From assembly GCA_965248755.1 (NCBI GenBank), contig OZ252149.1, forward strand, positions 3,520,001 to 3,584,000: a stretch of 64,000 nt of DNA, read 5' to 3'. Each line of letters opens with the position of its first letter. The first letter of the stretch is position 1. Origin of the DNA: Candidatus Latescibacterota bacterium. Lineage in GTDB: Bacteria > Latescibacterota > CBDEFO01. Under the pieces are notes generated by a model, which was given only the letters and a program-made list of their open reading frames with translations, was not told where the DNA came from and did no database searches. Positions 20,696 through 30,709 of the stretch are shown here, in pieces. The translations under genes were made by a program, and so were the position numbers.

Positions 20696-21622
20696 ATGAT
20701 GAACGAGCTCGAAGAGTGGGGCATGATGTCCGATCGCCGACGTTTCCTGAAGGTTTCTGTTGCGTCCCTTATCGGGGCTGGGCTGAGGAGGGCTGAGGGT
20801 GCATCGGCGACGGAAGCGCCGGAGGACGTAGCTCCGGCTGTTGAGCCCTTCAGCTTCTGCGTGCTTGCAGATCCGCACTGTGTCGATCCGGCTACGGGTA
20901 GATACAGAGAAGGGATAGAGAGGTTAGGGGACGGCGTTGAGAAATTCCTCAGGTGCGACCGGGAGATGGCAAAATTGGAGGGGTTAGACAGGCCTGACTT
21001 CATGCTCCTCGCCGGTGATATCCATCTGTGGGCGCTCCGAGACCGTCTGGATGAGGTGGAGATTCCGATGCACGTGATCGCCGGAAACCACGAGGACCGC
21101 TGCATGAAGAAGGAGATGCGCGAACTCTTCCCCGGCGACTTCAAGAAGGATGGCAAGGAATCCGACTACTACTCCTTCGTACACAAGGGAGTGCGGTTCA
21201 TCGGTGTCTGTGATGCCGGTGGGGGCGGAGACCACGTCGGCCACCTGTGCTCGGAGGACTTCGGGCCCCGGGGGCAGTGCGAATGGCTGGAAGGAGAGTT
21301 GGGCCAGAAGGAGCGGGAAAAGATCATCTTCGCTCACATCCCTCCACATCCAGAAGGACTGGACGTCAACATGTACATGTCGCGCAACGATTCGCGGTAC
21401 TTCAACCCACTCATTCAGAAAACGCAGCCGACCGCCATGTTCTTTGGGCACCATCACAGGGCCACGGACGAACGCAAGATCGGCCGAACGCGAAGCTTTA
21501 TACTGCGATCATCCTGTTGGAATGACGCCCGGGCTGCCATCGGCTTCATGCACGTGAGCGTGACGCGGACGGGCATCGTCACCCGGGAGATAGACACAGG
21601 AGTGTATGAACCCCAACGTTGA
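20696..21622 (+). CDS. Tat-exported calcineurin-like metallophosphoesterase, copy 2
   Basis: Tandem paralog of 19566-20492 with the same motifs. Confidence 0.88.
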   Translation: MMNELEEWGMMSDRRRFLKVSVASLIGAGLRRAEGASATEAPEDVAPAVEPFSFCVLADPHCVDPATGRYREGIERLGDGVEKFLRCDREMAKLEGLDRPDFMLLAGDIHLWALRDRLDEVEIPMHVIAGNHEDRCMKKEMRELFPGDFKKDGKESDYYSFVHKGVRFIGVCDAGGGGDHVGHLCSEDFGPRGQCEWLEGELGQKEREKIIFAHIPPHPEGLDVNMYMSRNDSRYFNPLIQKTQPTAMFFGHHHRATDERKIGRTRSFILRSSCWNDARAAIGFMHVSVTRTGIVTREIDTGVYEPQR

Positions 21623-21923
21623 CCCCCGATTAAATCGGGGGTTGAAAAAGGCTAATTACTAGCTACCTGCGCGTTAAGAGCCGCCATGTACCGCGGTAGA
21701 AATGGCATCACATATTTGCTCGCACTGGCTATTAGAGTGCGCAAACCTTGAGGTCGCGTCGGATGCCTTGACGAATAGTTTCGGATGTGACGGAAGCGGT
21801 TATGCTCGCCTCCGTCCCTTGGGTACGGACGTGCACCTTCCCACGGACGGACACAGGCTGGCTGTCAAAATCGCGCGGGTGGCAGCAGTTAGCGAAAACC
21901 TGACGATCCACTGCACAATTTCA

Positions 21924-21952
21924 TTGACATCCACAATCTTATTTTGTATCTT
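21924..21952 (+). promoter_or_regulatory. sigma70-like promoter
   Basis: TTGACA-N17-TATCTT. Confidence 0.45.
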
Positions 21953-22444
21953 CCCTCCTAATTGGGGTGTACCGTACGCAGCTCTCCAATCCAGTAGAGC
22001 CTCCGTAGAAATATTTAGCAAGAGAATAGCGTAGCGGTGTGGTGGCATTGACAGAAGTTGTCACAATTAGATCGTATGTCTGTCAGTTGGTACGCATTTA
22101 GCAAAATCCACGTTAGGCAAGCTGCTCCAGTGAGAGGATAAGCATATAACAGAGAATTCTTGTTACTGCAATTGTTTCTACTTTCATTATCCTATCACTC
22201 GGTTCCAGCTACGCTCAAGGACGATCCGCTGGGCTAAATGTTGGTATTTCATTGCGTTGACGTATTGCTCATAATTAAGTTTACTTAAACGAAAGTGAAC
22301 TGATTAGGATTAGTTTTTCCAGATGCTCCAGAAATTGTATGGAGTATCTCTGGCAAGGAAACTTTTGTTGAAATTGTCCTTTTGCTTAGAATGTCACCTT
22401 TAACCACCGCGCAAAGAGAAAACCATCGAAAGGAGAAAACAAAG

Positions 22445-23632
22445 ATGAATGACTCACCACAGCAGCCCTTTCAGGACTTTATTGCCATTCGAAACCCGCG
22501 CCAGCTAAAAGTGGCAGAGATACCAGCGGAACGGGTTCCGATAGGCCAAAAGCTTGAATACAAGCCCAACATCGCACACCTGGGTGGAGATGAGTTGCTG
22601 CTATTGTGCTACCTGAACGATGTGGCAGCGGGGTTACCCACCTACCTGTATCGTTCGCACGACGGCGGGCGGACCTGGGAAGGAGGGCGCGACGAGACCA
22701 GTCTGCCGGACGGTGGCGAGCCGTATTTGTCGCAAATGCGAGACGGCACGTTGTTGGTAACGGGAGGCCCCTGGGGGTACCGCTCGGAGGACGATGGATT
22801 CACCTGGTCCGAATACCAGTTGCCTCCGGAATTTGCCACCAGGGTCAGGGGGAACAACTCGAGAAATATACTGGAGTTGGAGGACGGTTCGTTACTGCAG
22901 ATTGTCGATATACCTGAAGACGATCCCCCTCTTCGCCATTCTCAATACGGGAATGGATACGTCGCCCGGAGTTACGATGGGGGTCGGACGTGGCCGGACT
23001 GCTACACGATGGAAGTAGAAGGGGTGGCGGAAGGCTATCCCCGGTCCATCTTTGGGGAGGTAGTGCTCTGGCAGGCGCGTTCCGGTAAAATTTACGGCAT
23101 AGCCAGGCTTGATCATAAGTTCTATCCCCTTCCCGGGCGGGTGTTCACCCCCCAGGAGCTCGAAAACGTGGCCGTAACCTTGCGGCACTACGGGCAGCCC
23201 CCGGTGCAGGATCTTGCCGATACCGACTTTGACCAGTTCGGCCGAATGAAAGCCTGGGTTTCTACCGACGAAGGCCACACGTGGCAGTCCGGTGCGGACC
23301 TGGGTGACCACGGCCAGATGTTTCATTCCATTCTGCGGTTGAGAGATGGACGGCTGCTGTTTACTTATACTCAGCGCTCGATCGATCCTCCGCTCGGCGT
23401 GCGTGCGGTACTCGGCCGTGAAACCGAAGACGGCTTTGAATTCGATTTCGAGCACGACGTTTTCATGATTGACACCAGAACACCCATCGGCCGCTGCTCG
23501 GGAGGAGGTTTCGGCAACACCGTCGAGCTGGATGACGGGACTCTCGTAACCAGCTATTCCTACTGGCGGCCTGACAAAGGAGAATCGGGAAAACTCTTCA
23601 ATTGTGAAGTGGTTCGCTGGCGTTTGCCGTAA
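22445..23632 (+). CDS. BNR/Asp-box (sialidase-like) protein, copy 1
   Basis: SHDGGRTW, SEDDGFTW, SYDGGRTW, STDEGHTW; AAGGAG RBS. Confidence 0.85.
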   Translation: MNDSPQQPFQDFIAIRNPRQLKVAEIPAERVPIGQKLEYKPNIAHLGGDELLLLCYLNDVAAGLPTYLYRSHDGGRTWEGGRDETSLPDGGEPYLSQMRDGTLLVTGGPWGYRSEDDGFTWSEYQLPPEFATRVRGNNSRNILELEDGSLLQIVDIPEDDPPLRHSQYGNGYVARSYDGGRTWPDCYTMEVEGVAEGYPRSIFGEVVLWQARSGKIYGIARLDHKFYPLPGRVFTPQELENVAVTLRHYGQPPVQDLADTDFDQFGRMKAWVSTDEGHTWQSGADLGDHGQMFHSILRLRDGRLLFTYTQRSIDPPLGVRAVLGRETEDGFEFDFEHDVFMIDTRTPIGRCSGGGFGNTVELDDGTLVTSYSYWRPDKGESGKLFNCEVVRWRLP

Positions 23633-23807
23633 GAGGAAGCCGGGATAGTGCCAACATCTGATTCTACTGACAGGGTTATATCCAGCCATGACCTGTGGGG
23701 ATATGCGTTGCCTGAGCGTGGTTACGCCGGAGCGTCCACGATCCTCTTGGAGAGGTTGAGAGCAAAATTAGGGCGATATAACCTACCATCGAAAGGAGAA
23801 AACAGAG

Positions 23808-25031
23808 ATGAATGACTCACCACAGCAGCCCTTTCAGGACTTTATTGCCATTCGAAACCCGCGGCAACTAACGGCAGCAAAGCTGCAAGCCGAACGGGTT
23901 CCGCTGGGCCAAAAGCTTGAATACAAGCCCAACATCGCATACCTGGGTGGAAATGAGTTGCTGCTATTGTGCTACCTGTGCGATACACGGATACCCATCT
24001 ACCTGTATCGTTCGCACGACGGCGGTCGGACCTGGGAGGGAGGGCGTAACACTGCCGGCCTGCCGGACGGCGAAGAGCCCTATTTGTCTCAAATGCGAGA
24101 CGGCACGCTGTTGCTAACGGGAGGAGCGTGGGGGTACCGTTCGGAGGACGATGGATACACCTGGTCCGAATACCATCTGCCTCCGGAATTTGCCACCAGG
24201 GTAAGGGGGAACAAGTCGCGTAGGGTCAGAGGGAACAACTGTTCGCGAAATATACTGCAGTTGGAAGACGGTTCGTTGCTGCAGATCGTGGATATACCCA
24301 AAGACCAGAATCCTCCTCTCCATCCTCAATACGGGGACGAATACGTCGCCCGCAACTACGATGGGGGTCGGACGTGGCCGGACTGCCACAGGATACACGT
24401 AGAAGGGGTACCGGAAGGCTATCCCTATTCCATCTTTTCGGAGGTAGTGCTCTGGCAGGCGCGTTCCGGAAAAATATACGGGATAGCCAGGATTGAGCAC
24501 AAATTGTTCCCGCTTCCCGGGCGGGTGTTCACCCCCCAGGAGCTCGGAAACGTGGCCATAACCCTGCTGCACTACGGCCAGCCCCCGGTGCAGGATCTTG
24601 CCGATACCGACTTTGACCAGTTCGGTCGAATGAAAGCTTGGACTTCCACCGACGAAGGCCACACGTGGCAGCCCGGTGAGGACCTGGGCGACCACGGCCA
24701 GATGTTTCATTCCATTCTGCGGTTGAGGGATGGGCGGCTGCTGTTTACTTATACTCAGCGCTCAATCGATCCTCCTCTCGGAGTGCGTGCGGTACTCGGC
24801 CGTGAAACCGAAGACGGCTTTGAATTTGATTTCGAGCACGACATCTTCATGATTGAGACCAGAACTCCCATCGGCCGCTGCTCGGGCGGAGGTTTCGGCA
24901 ACACCGTCGAGCTGGACGACGGGACTCTTGTGACCAGCTATTCCTATTGGCGACCTGACGCCTGGCCACCGGACCCGCCGCATCCGGACAAACTCTTCAA
25001 TTGTGAAGTGGTTCGCTGGCGTTTGCCGTAA
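23808..25031 (+). CDS. BNR/Asp-box (sialidase-like) protein, copy 2
   Basis: Tandem paralog of 22445-23632 with an internal RVRGN duplication. Confidence 0.85.
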   Translation: MNDSPQQPFQDFIAIRNPRQLTAAKLQAERVPLGQKLEYKPNIAYLGGNELLLLCYLCDTRIPIYLYRSHDGGRTWEGGRNTAGLPDGEEPYLSQMRDGTLLLTGGAWGYRSEDDGYTWSEYHLPPEFATRVRGNKSRRVRGNNCSRNILQLEDGSLLQIVDIPKDQNPPLHPQYGDEYVARNYDGGRTWPDCHRIHVEGVPEGYPYSIFSEVVLWQARSGKIYGIARIEHKLFPLPGRVFTPQELGNVAITLLHYGQPPVQDLADTDFDQFGRMKAWTSTDEGHTWQPGEDLGDHGQMFHSILRLRDGRLLFTYTQRSIDPPLGVRAVLGRETEDGFEFDFEHDIFMIETRTPIGRCSGGGFGNTVELDDGTLVTSYSYWRPDAWPPDPPHPDKLFNCEVVRWRLP

Positions 25032-25297
25032 GAGTAGGCCGGGATGCTGCGCAATACCCGATTCTGTTGGTGGAGGCATTTACCGCCATGACCTGTGGGG
25101 ATCATGCGCTGCTTGAGGGCGGTTATGTCAGAGCATCCGCAGTCCTCTTGTAGAGGCTGAGCGCAAGATTAGGGCGATAACCCTACCATGTAATACGAGG
25201 CAGCGTGACCTGCTGAGCCAGCCAGGCGAAGCGGGGCATGTTCTATTTCTTGGTCAGTAACAAGACGAATTGGGAACGGCATACAAGGAGTAGCAAA

Positions 25298-25660
25298 ATG
25301 AAAAAAACCACGTTCATGAGAAAAAGAGAGGACATGCTCCAGACAATGGCGTCTGAAAGCCACGGCGGCAAGGGGGTTCTGGACTGGACAAAGGTCATCG
25401 CCAGCGATGAGACAAAAGATAAACACCTGAAGTGTTTTTTCGACCTTGTCCTGCCGCCGGATGTTTCGATCGGTATCCACAAGCACGAAAACGATGAGGA
25501 GTACTATTATGTAATTTCAGGAAGGGGAATTATGACGCTGGATGAGGAAAGAGTTGAGGTCGGACCGGGTGATATAACCGCCGTTTTTCCAGGAGGAACA
25601 CACGGACTGAAAAACAATTCAGAGACAGACCTGCGCGTCCTTGTGATCAGTGTCTGCTGA
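25298..25660 (+). CDS. Cupin domain protein
   Basis: HGGKG, IGIHKH..DEEYYYVISGRG and PGGTHGL cupin motifs. Confidence 0.88.
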   Translation: MKKTTFMRKREDMLQTMASESHGGKGVLDWTKVIASDETKDKHLKCFFDLVLPPDVSIGIHKHENDEEYYYVISGRGIMTLDEERVEVGPGDITAVFPGGTHGLKNNSETDLRVLVISVC

Positions 25661-25706
25661 AGGAGAAAAAGACGACGAGCAAGCCGAACAGGCAGAGAGT
25701 AAACGT

Positions 25707-26681
25707 ATGACTCATCAGGCGATTGTAGTTACCGCTACGGAAAAAGCTGAACTGCTCACCGTGGATGGTCCGGCTGTGCTTGGACCGAAGGAAGTCCGAG
25801 GGAAGACTCTTTATACTCTCGTCAGCCCCGGGACCGAACTGGCCCATCATTATCTGGGCCTGGGTGGTAAGGATTACCCGTTATATCCCGGATATTCGGC
25901 CATGTTCGAAGTCGAGGAAACCGGACAGGAAGTAGAGAACGTGAAGAAGGGAGATCATCTTTTCTGCATGGGCCTTCATCAGAGTTTTCAACAGATGGAT
26001 GCCGCCTGGACCGTGCCCCTGCCTGTGGGGCTGGAACCGGAAAAAGCACTCATCGCCCGCCTGATGACCGTGACAATGACCACGCTGATTACTACGGCGG
26101 CCCGGCCAGGAGACCGGGTGATGATTACGGGCGCCGGGTCTGTGGGATACCTTGCAGCGCAGGTGTTCAAGCTTTCCGGCTACGAAGTCCATGTTGTCGA
26201 ACCCAACAGTGCACGGCGCAAAAACGCTGCCGCATCCGGCGTTGCGGCGGTTTATCCCGAAGTTCCATGTAACGACGAGTCGATCGTCGGGACAATTTCC
26301 CTGGTTATGGAATGCTCAGGGCATGAACAGGCTGTTGTAGATGCCTGCCGGATTGTGCGAAAGTTAGGAGAAGTCGTGCTTGTCGGGGTTCCGTGGACCC
26401 GCCATACGGATCTATATGTCCAGGAGCTGCTTCGGTTGATATTCCACAGGTATGTTATTTTGCGCAGTGGTTGGGAGTGGGAACTGCCAGGACATGCCAC
26501 GGATTTCCGACCGCACAGCATCTTTGCGAACTACCGCACCGCGCTGAAATGGCTGAAGGATGACAGAATAAAGGTTCATGGTTTAACATCGTTGGCAAAA
26601 CCCTGCGAGGCCCAATTGGTATACCAGAATCTGCTGCATAGAAGAGATGATAGTTTATTCAACATTTTTGATTGGACTTGA
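25707..26681 (+). CDS. Medium-chain (zinc-binding family) dehydrogenase
   Basis: VSPGTE, PGYS, ITGAGSVG Rossmann motif, ECSG. Confidence 0.85.
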   Translation: MTHQAIVVTATEKAELLTVDGPAVLGPKEVRGKTLYTLVSPGTELAHHYLGLGGKDYPLYPGYSAMFEVEETGQEVENVKKGDHLFCMGLHQSFQQMDAAWTVPLPVGLEPEKALIARLMTVTMTTLITTAARPGDRVMITGAGSVGYLAAQVFKLSGYEVHVVEPNSARRKNAAASGVAAVYPEVPCNDESIVGTISLVMECSGHEQAVVDACRIVRKLGEVVLVGVPWTRHTDLYVQELLRLIFHRYVILRSGWEWELPGHATDFRPHSIFANYRTALKWLKDDRIKVHGLTSLAKPCEAQLVYQNLLHRRDDSLFNIFDWT

Positions 26682-26771
26682 GAGGAGTTTCTTTACCAGC
26701 TGGTCTGGCCGCTGAGCGCAGCAGATCAAGATGCCAGGGAAGCTGCCCCGCTGACAATCGGTTCTCCGGTA

Positions 26772-27740
26772 TTGGGATACAGACTCGATTCACTGGCAAT
26801 GGGATTGGTCGCGTGTGAACTGGCCAGGGGAGATGGTTCAGTTTGTACTTTCTATATCGTCCACTCGGGGTTGGCCATGGGATCTATTGGGTTACTAGGT
26901 TCTGAGGAACAGCGTGAGCGCTGGCTACCCAAAATGGCGCTATTAGAAAAAATCGGTGCGTTCGGACTCACCGAGCCTGAGCGTGGCTCCGACGCTTCTC
27001 ATGTGCTAACCTCCGCTCGCCGTGAGGGAAAGAACTATATCCTGAATGGGGCCAAGTCCTGGATTGGCAATGCTTCTATTGCTGACTTGATTATCATCTG
27101 GGCCAGGGATCAGGAAGGCGGGTTCGGCGGTTTTGTCCTTGAGAATCCTCGTGAAGTTGACGGGGTAAAGATCGAGGATATTACCGGAAAGATCACCATG
27201 CGTGCGGTTCCCACTTCCCACATCACACTTGAAAACGTCCGGATTCCCGAGGCCAATCGGTTGGCAGGGAGCCACTCCTTTCGCGACACAGCCAGGGTGC
27301 TCACTTACAATCGCTATGCGGTTGTCTGGGAAGCCCTTGGGTTAGCCGCAGCCGCTTTTGAACGGGCGTTAAAGTATACCAAAGAACGAGAGCAGTTCGG
27401 ACGACCACTTGCCGGCTTCCAATTAATCCAGGAGAAGCTGGTAGAAATGGCCGCTGAACTAACTCAGATGCAATTACTGTGTTTTCAACTTGCACGGCTT
27501 ATGGCAACCGATCAGATGAGCGAGGGCATGGTGTCTCTGGCTAAGTACAACAATGCCCGAAAAGCTCGCCACATTGTTGGGCTGGCTCGGGAAGCCATGG
27601 GAGCAAGCGGCGTGCTGCTCGAAAATCACGTTGCTCGTTTCTTTACCGATGCCGAGGCTATTTACACCTGCGAAGGCACCAATGAGATTAACCTGCTTAT
27701 TGCTGGCCGCGAAATTACAGGCATAAATGCAATCGTCTGA
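26772..27740 (+). pseudogene. Acyl-CoA dehydrogenase (glutaryl-CoA DH-like), apparently lacking its N-terminus
   Basis: [45 protein letters not shown]; only 322 aa and no clear start or RBS. Confidence 0.7.
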
Positions 27741-27868
27741 TCAGGCAAGTTATTATCGGTTAATACCCCCACGTTCTACATGGGGGTTCTTTACTTAGGT
27801 AAGGACATTTCAGGAGAGGGGAACTGCCGCATTTGCTAACTAGCAAGTAATAGGGTTTCATGGCATCC

Positions 27869-27895
27869 CTGGATTCCCGTTTCCACGGGAATGAC
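27869..27895 (-). repeat. REP-like palindrome GTCATTCCCGTGGAAACGGGAATCCAG
   Basis: Hairpin ATTCCCG-TGGAAA-CGGGAAT of the widespread GTCATTCCCG type. Confidence 0.75.
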
Positions 27896-28021
27896 ATTAA
27901 TTCATGAAATTGTTGCGCTTCCTGAAATTGAGGGGACTTCTTTCTCATCTCCTCAAACATCTCCAGGTTTTCCACATCTTCTATCCGCTCTAACATCTCT
28001 CTGTGCTCACGTATATGACAC

Positions 28022-28447
28022 TTAAAATATGACAGCCCCCTGCCTGGGGACCGGTGTTATAAGCTGACCGCAGGCGGCGGAGATATCTCTGAGCCGATCT
28101 ATGCCGGGCACAAATCCTGCCGTGGAGACGGTTATCTTGCGAGCGCCGATCCCGAGTCCCATCTCCAGACCCATGAGCCTTATGGCCCTGACCACGTTTT
28201 TGTAGTTCAGGAGCGGCTCTCCCATACCCATCATCACCACGTTGGTGATGCCGTCGTCTATCTGCTTATGATGTCTCCTGACGGATATGAGCTGATCTAT
28301 AATCTCTGCGGCAGAGAGGTTCCGTATCAGCCCCATCCTTGCGGTCGAACAGAAGGTGCATCCCAGAGCACACCCGACCTGAGAGGATACGCAGACCGTC
28401 CTGCGTTTCCCTTCGACGTCCTCAAGTGCATATCGAAGGACTTTCAC
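28022..28447 (-). pseudogene. rlmN: Fragment of RlmN (23S rRNA m2A2503 radical SAM methyltransferase) with internal deletion
   Basis: [22 protein letters not shown] and ITVST are fused directly to the C-terminal DISAACGQL. Confidence 0.85.
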
Positions 28448-28523
28448 GTTAGGATGGTCTAGACCGAGGACCTTCTTACTGATTGTCAGTGCCCGCTTGA
28501 AGAGAGGCTGGATCTCACACCCC

Positions 28524-29083
28524 TTACCTCCCAGCAGTCCCTCTGGGCACGTTGAGGTCTAGACCAAGCTGTTTTGCCACCAAAAGTTGCATGGCCGAAT
28601 TGAAATTTAGAGTGGATTGATCGGTGCCACTAGCACCGCCAGAACCACCCATAACCAGCTGCGGAACCTGACGTTTTGCATAAGCATCAGCCCAAAACTT
28701 CATCACCTTTTCGTAAGTCTCAAGCTTTATCTTTAAGGAGCCGTCTGCCTTCATTATCAGCCTTTTGCGTTCGGCTTCGCCCTGGCCCAGCAGGATTTCG
28801 CGCTGCTTTTGGAGTTCTGCGGCCTGCCGCTGCAGCTTGGCTACCTCAAGCTCCTGTTGGGCTCGCAATTCGGCGACCTCTTTTTCCTGCAGGGCTTCAA
28901 CCACAGCACGAATCTTCTCCTCCTCCTTTTCGTACTGGGCTTTAATGACATTGGCTTTACCTACGGCCTCTTTAGTCAGCTTTTCCTGCTCGGCCTGCTG
29001 CGCTTTGGCCCGAGCAGTAGCCACCGCCATTAATGCTTCCTGTTGAGCAGAAATCTGAGCTGAGACCTTTTTCTCGTACTTAT
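28524..29083 (-). pseudogene. C-terminal part of an SPFH/band-7 coiled-coil protein, truncated by IS1380
   Basis: Ala/Glu/Gln coiled coil, GQGEAERKRLIMKADG...VPQLVMGG; the 5' part is replaced by the IS end. Confidence 0.65.
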
Positions 29084-30709
29084 CCGACATTCCCCATATC
29101 ACATTCATGAGGGATTATATTTCGATACATTCTTGTTTCTGAATTAATATTACCACTTTTACATTTTTCAACAAGTACTTTTTTCAATTAAAATAGTATT
29201 TTCCTCTGAATTATCACTTTCTTTGTGTTTAAATCCTCCAATTAGAGACACCTCTCCATCGACTCACAAAAAAATGTGGCAGTTTAAACAGAATAACATC
29301 GCAATCGTTCAATCCGGGATAATATTTCGGCAAATAACCTCTTGTCTATCCCAACCTCAGCCATTTGAAACGTAATATATCCGCTGTGTCTGACAATCTT
29401 CGCTCCGATTTTGATAAATTTCACGAGGAGGCTGCGTAGTGACCAGTGTTTGATTTTCTTCGGAAGAACAAAACGTCGCAGGAAGTTGCCCAAGTTGTAA
29501 GCCAGAACAAACAGCCAGAGCCTCACCTGATTGGAGACGAAACGCTTGCATGAGAGTCGGGTCCAGTTCAGAGCATACTTGCCCTCCTTAATCCACTGCT
29601 CAGCTCTGCCACGGCCATTGTAGAAGTGTACCACGCCTTCTGGCTTGGCGCTCATGTTGGTCACGATAAATCCCACTCTTGGGAATAACTCCCCTTGGTG
29701 CCATTCAACCTTGGCGACCACTCGCCTCGATTGATCCCAACTGGCCGCTTTATATTGAAATTCATATAACGATACAATCGGTTTCCTCGGCGGTCGTCCA
29801 ACTGGCCGAGTCAGCAGGTATCGTATCTTTTCATAGAGTATCTCATTTGCGGGAAGCCGAATGGCATACAAATAGCCGTTTCCCTCCAGATAATCATAAA
29901 TCTCAGGCTTTGCGAATGCAGCATCGCCTCGAAAGTATTTCCTATTCTTCTTGCTCTCGTATCTCTTGACGATCGGTTCCAGAACTTCCTTCCAACGATC
30001 AGCACTGTGAACATTACCAGAGCGAAGTAGGACTCCTTCACAATCCCCGAACTGATTGAAGCAGAACACTGGATGAAAACAGGTACATCCGAAATGACCG
30101 TTGTAAGCTGATCCTTCCTGCTGGCCATGTACCGGACTCTCCGAACTGTCCATGTCCAGAATGATTCGTTGATGCTGTGTTTTACTCATCGCTTTTTGAA
30201 CCCACTTGCCATTGATATCTGACAAGTTTCTGAGATTGTCATGCTGAGTCAGTATATCAGTTTCAAAACGTCCTATCGTGTTGGAGCTGGCAGCTTGCCT
30301 GCCTTTGTCCTTCTTTCCGGTAATCGCTCGCATGACGGGATCAACGGATAATCGCTCGGCGTCATTTACATCTTCATATCCTGCAAGACGGCTGTATATC
30401 GATTGACGCAGGAGAGTAGATATATCATGTTGGATATTACGGCCTGTGCGTTTATCGGTAAAAACCGCTGATACCGAATCAAATAATCCCAGTGCGTAAT
30501 CAAGGTCACGATACGCAAGAAGTCCACCGTTTGATGTCACCTTTGCACCATGAAATTCAAGCTTTATTCCTCCATCAAAACCTACTTTGATTCTTTCACC
30601 CTCTGGATGATCAATATTTATCCGCCATTTATGAGTCTTATTTATTGTAATATAACATGTTCTGGCGACTTTGACAACCATTTTTCGGGTCTAATATGGC
30701 GAATGGGGG
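29084..30709 (-). mobile_element. IS1380-family insertion sequence
   Basis: Imperfect terminal IRs CCGACATTCCCCATAT (29084) and ATATGGCGAATGGGGG (30694-30709), 13/16 match; encloses the transposase; no flanking duplication seen. Confidence 0.85.
29284..30681 (-). CDS. IS1380-family DDE transposase (true start uncertain, probably near 30600)
   Basis: LEFHGAKVTS, LAGYEDVNDA, LDMDSS, GSAYNGHF, RGDAAFA and FYNGRGRAEQWIKEGK motifs. Confidence 0.92.
   Translation of the reverse strand: MVVKVARTCYITINKTHKWRINIDHPEGERIKVGFDGGIKLEFHGAKVTSNGGLLAYRDLDYALGLFDSVSAVFTDKRTGRNIQHDISTLLRQSIYSRLAGYEDVNDAERLSVDPVMRAITGKKDKGRQAASSNTIGRFETDILTQHDNLRNLSDINGKWVQKAMSKTQHQRIILDMDSSESPVHGQQEGSAYNGHFGCTCFHPVFCFNQFGDCEGVLLRSGNVHSADRWKEVLEPIVKRYESKKNRKYFRGDAAFAKPEIYDYLEGNGYLYAIRLPANEILYEKIRYLLTRPVGRPPRKPIVSLYEFQYKAASWDQSRRVVAKVEWHQGELFPRVGFIVTNMSAKPEGVVHFYNGRGRAEQWIKEGKYALNWTRLSCKRFVSNQVRLWLFVLAYNLGNFLRRFVLPKKIKHWSLRSLLVKFIKIGAKIVRHSGYITFQMAEVGIDKRLFAEILSRIERLRCYSV

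Larger units (their letters stand above)
19522..21804 (+). repeat. Tandem duplication, units about 19522-20651 and 20652-21804
   Basis: RBS region, CDS and about 160 bp downstream are repeated; unit 2 is 23 bp longer because of a hairpin insertion. Confidence 0.9.
22422..25189 (+). repeat. Tandem duplication, units 22422-23784 and 23785-25189
   Basis: CDS and downstream region are repeated; ACCAT is present at 22422, 23785 and 25185. Confidence 0.88.
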
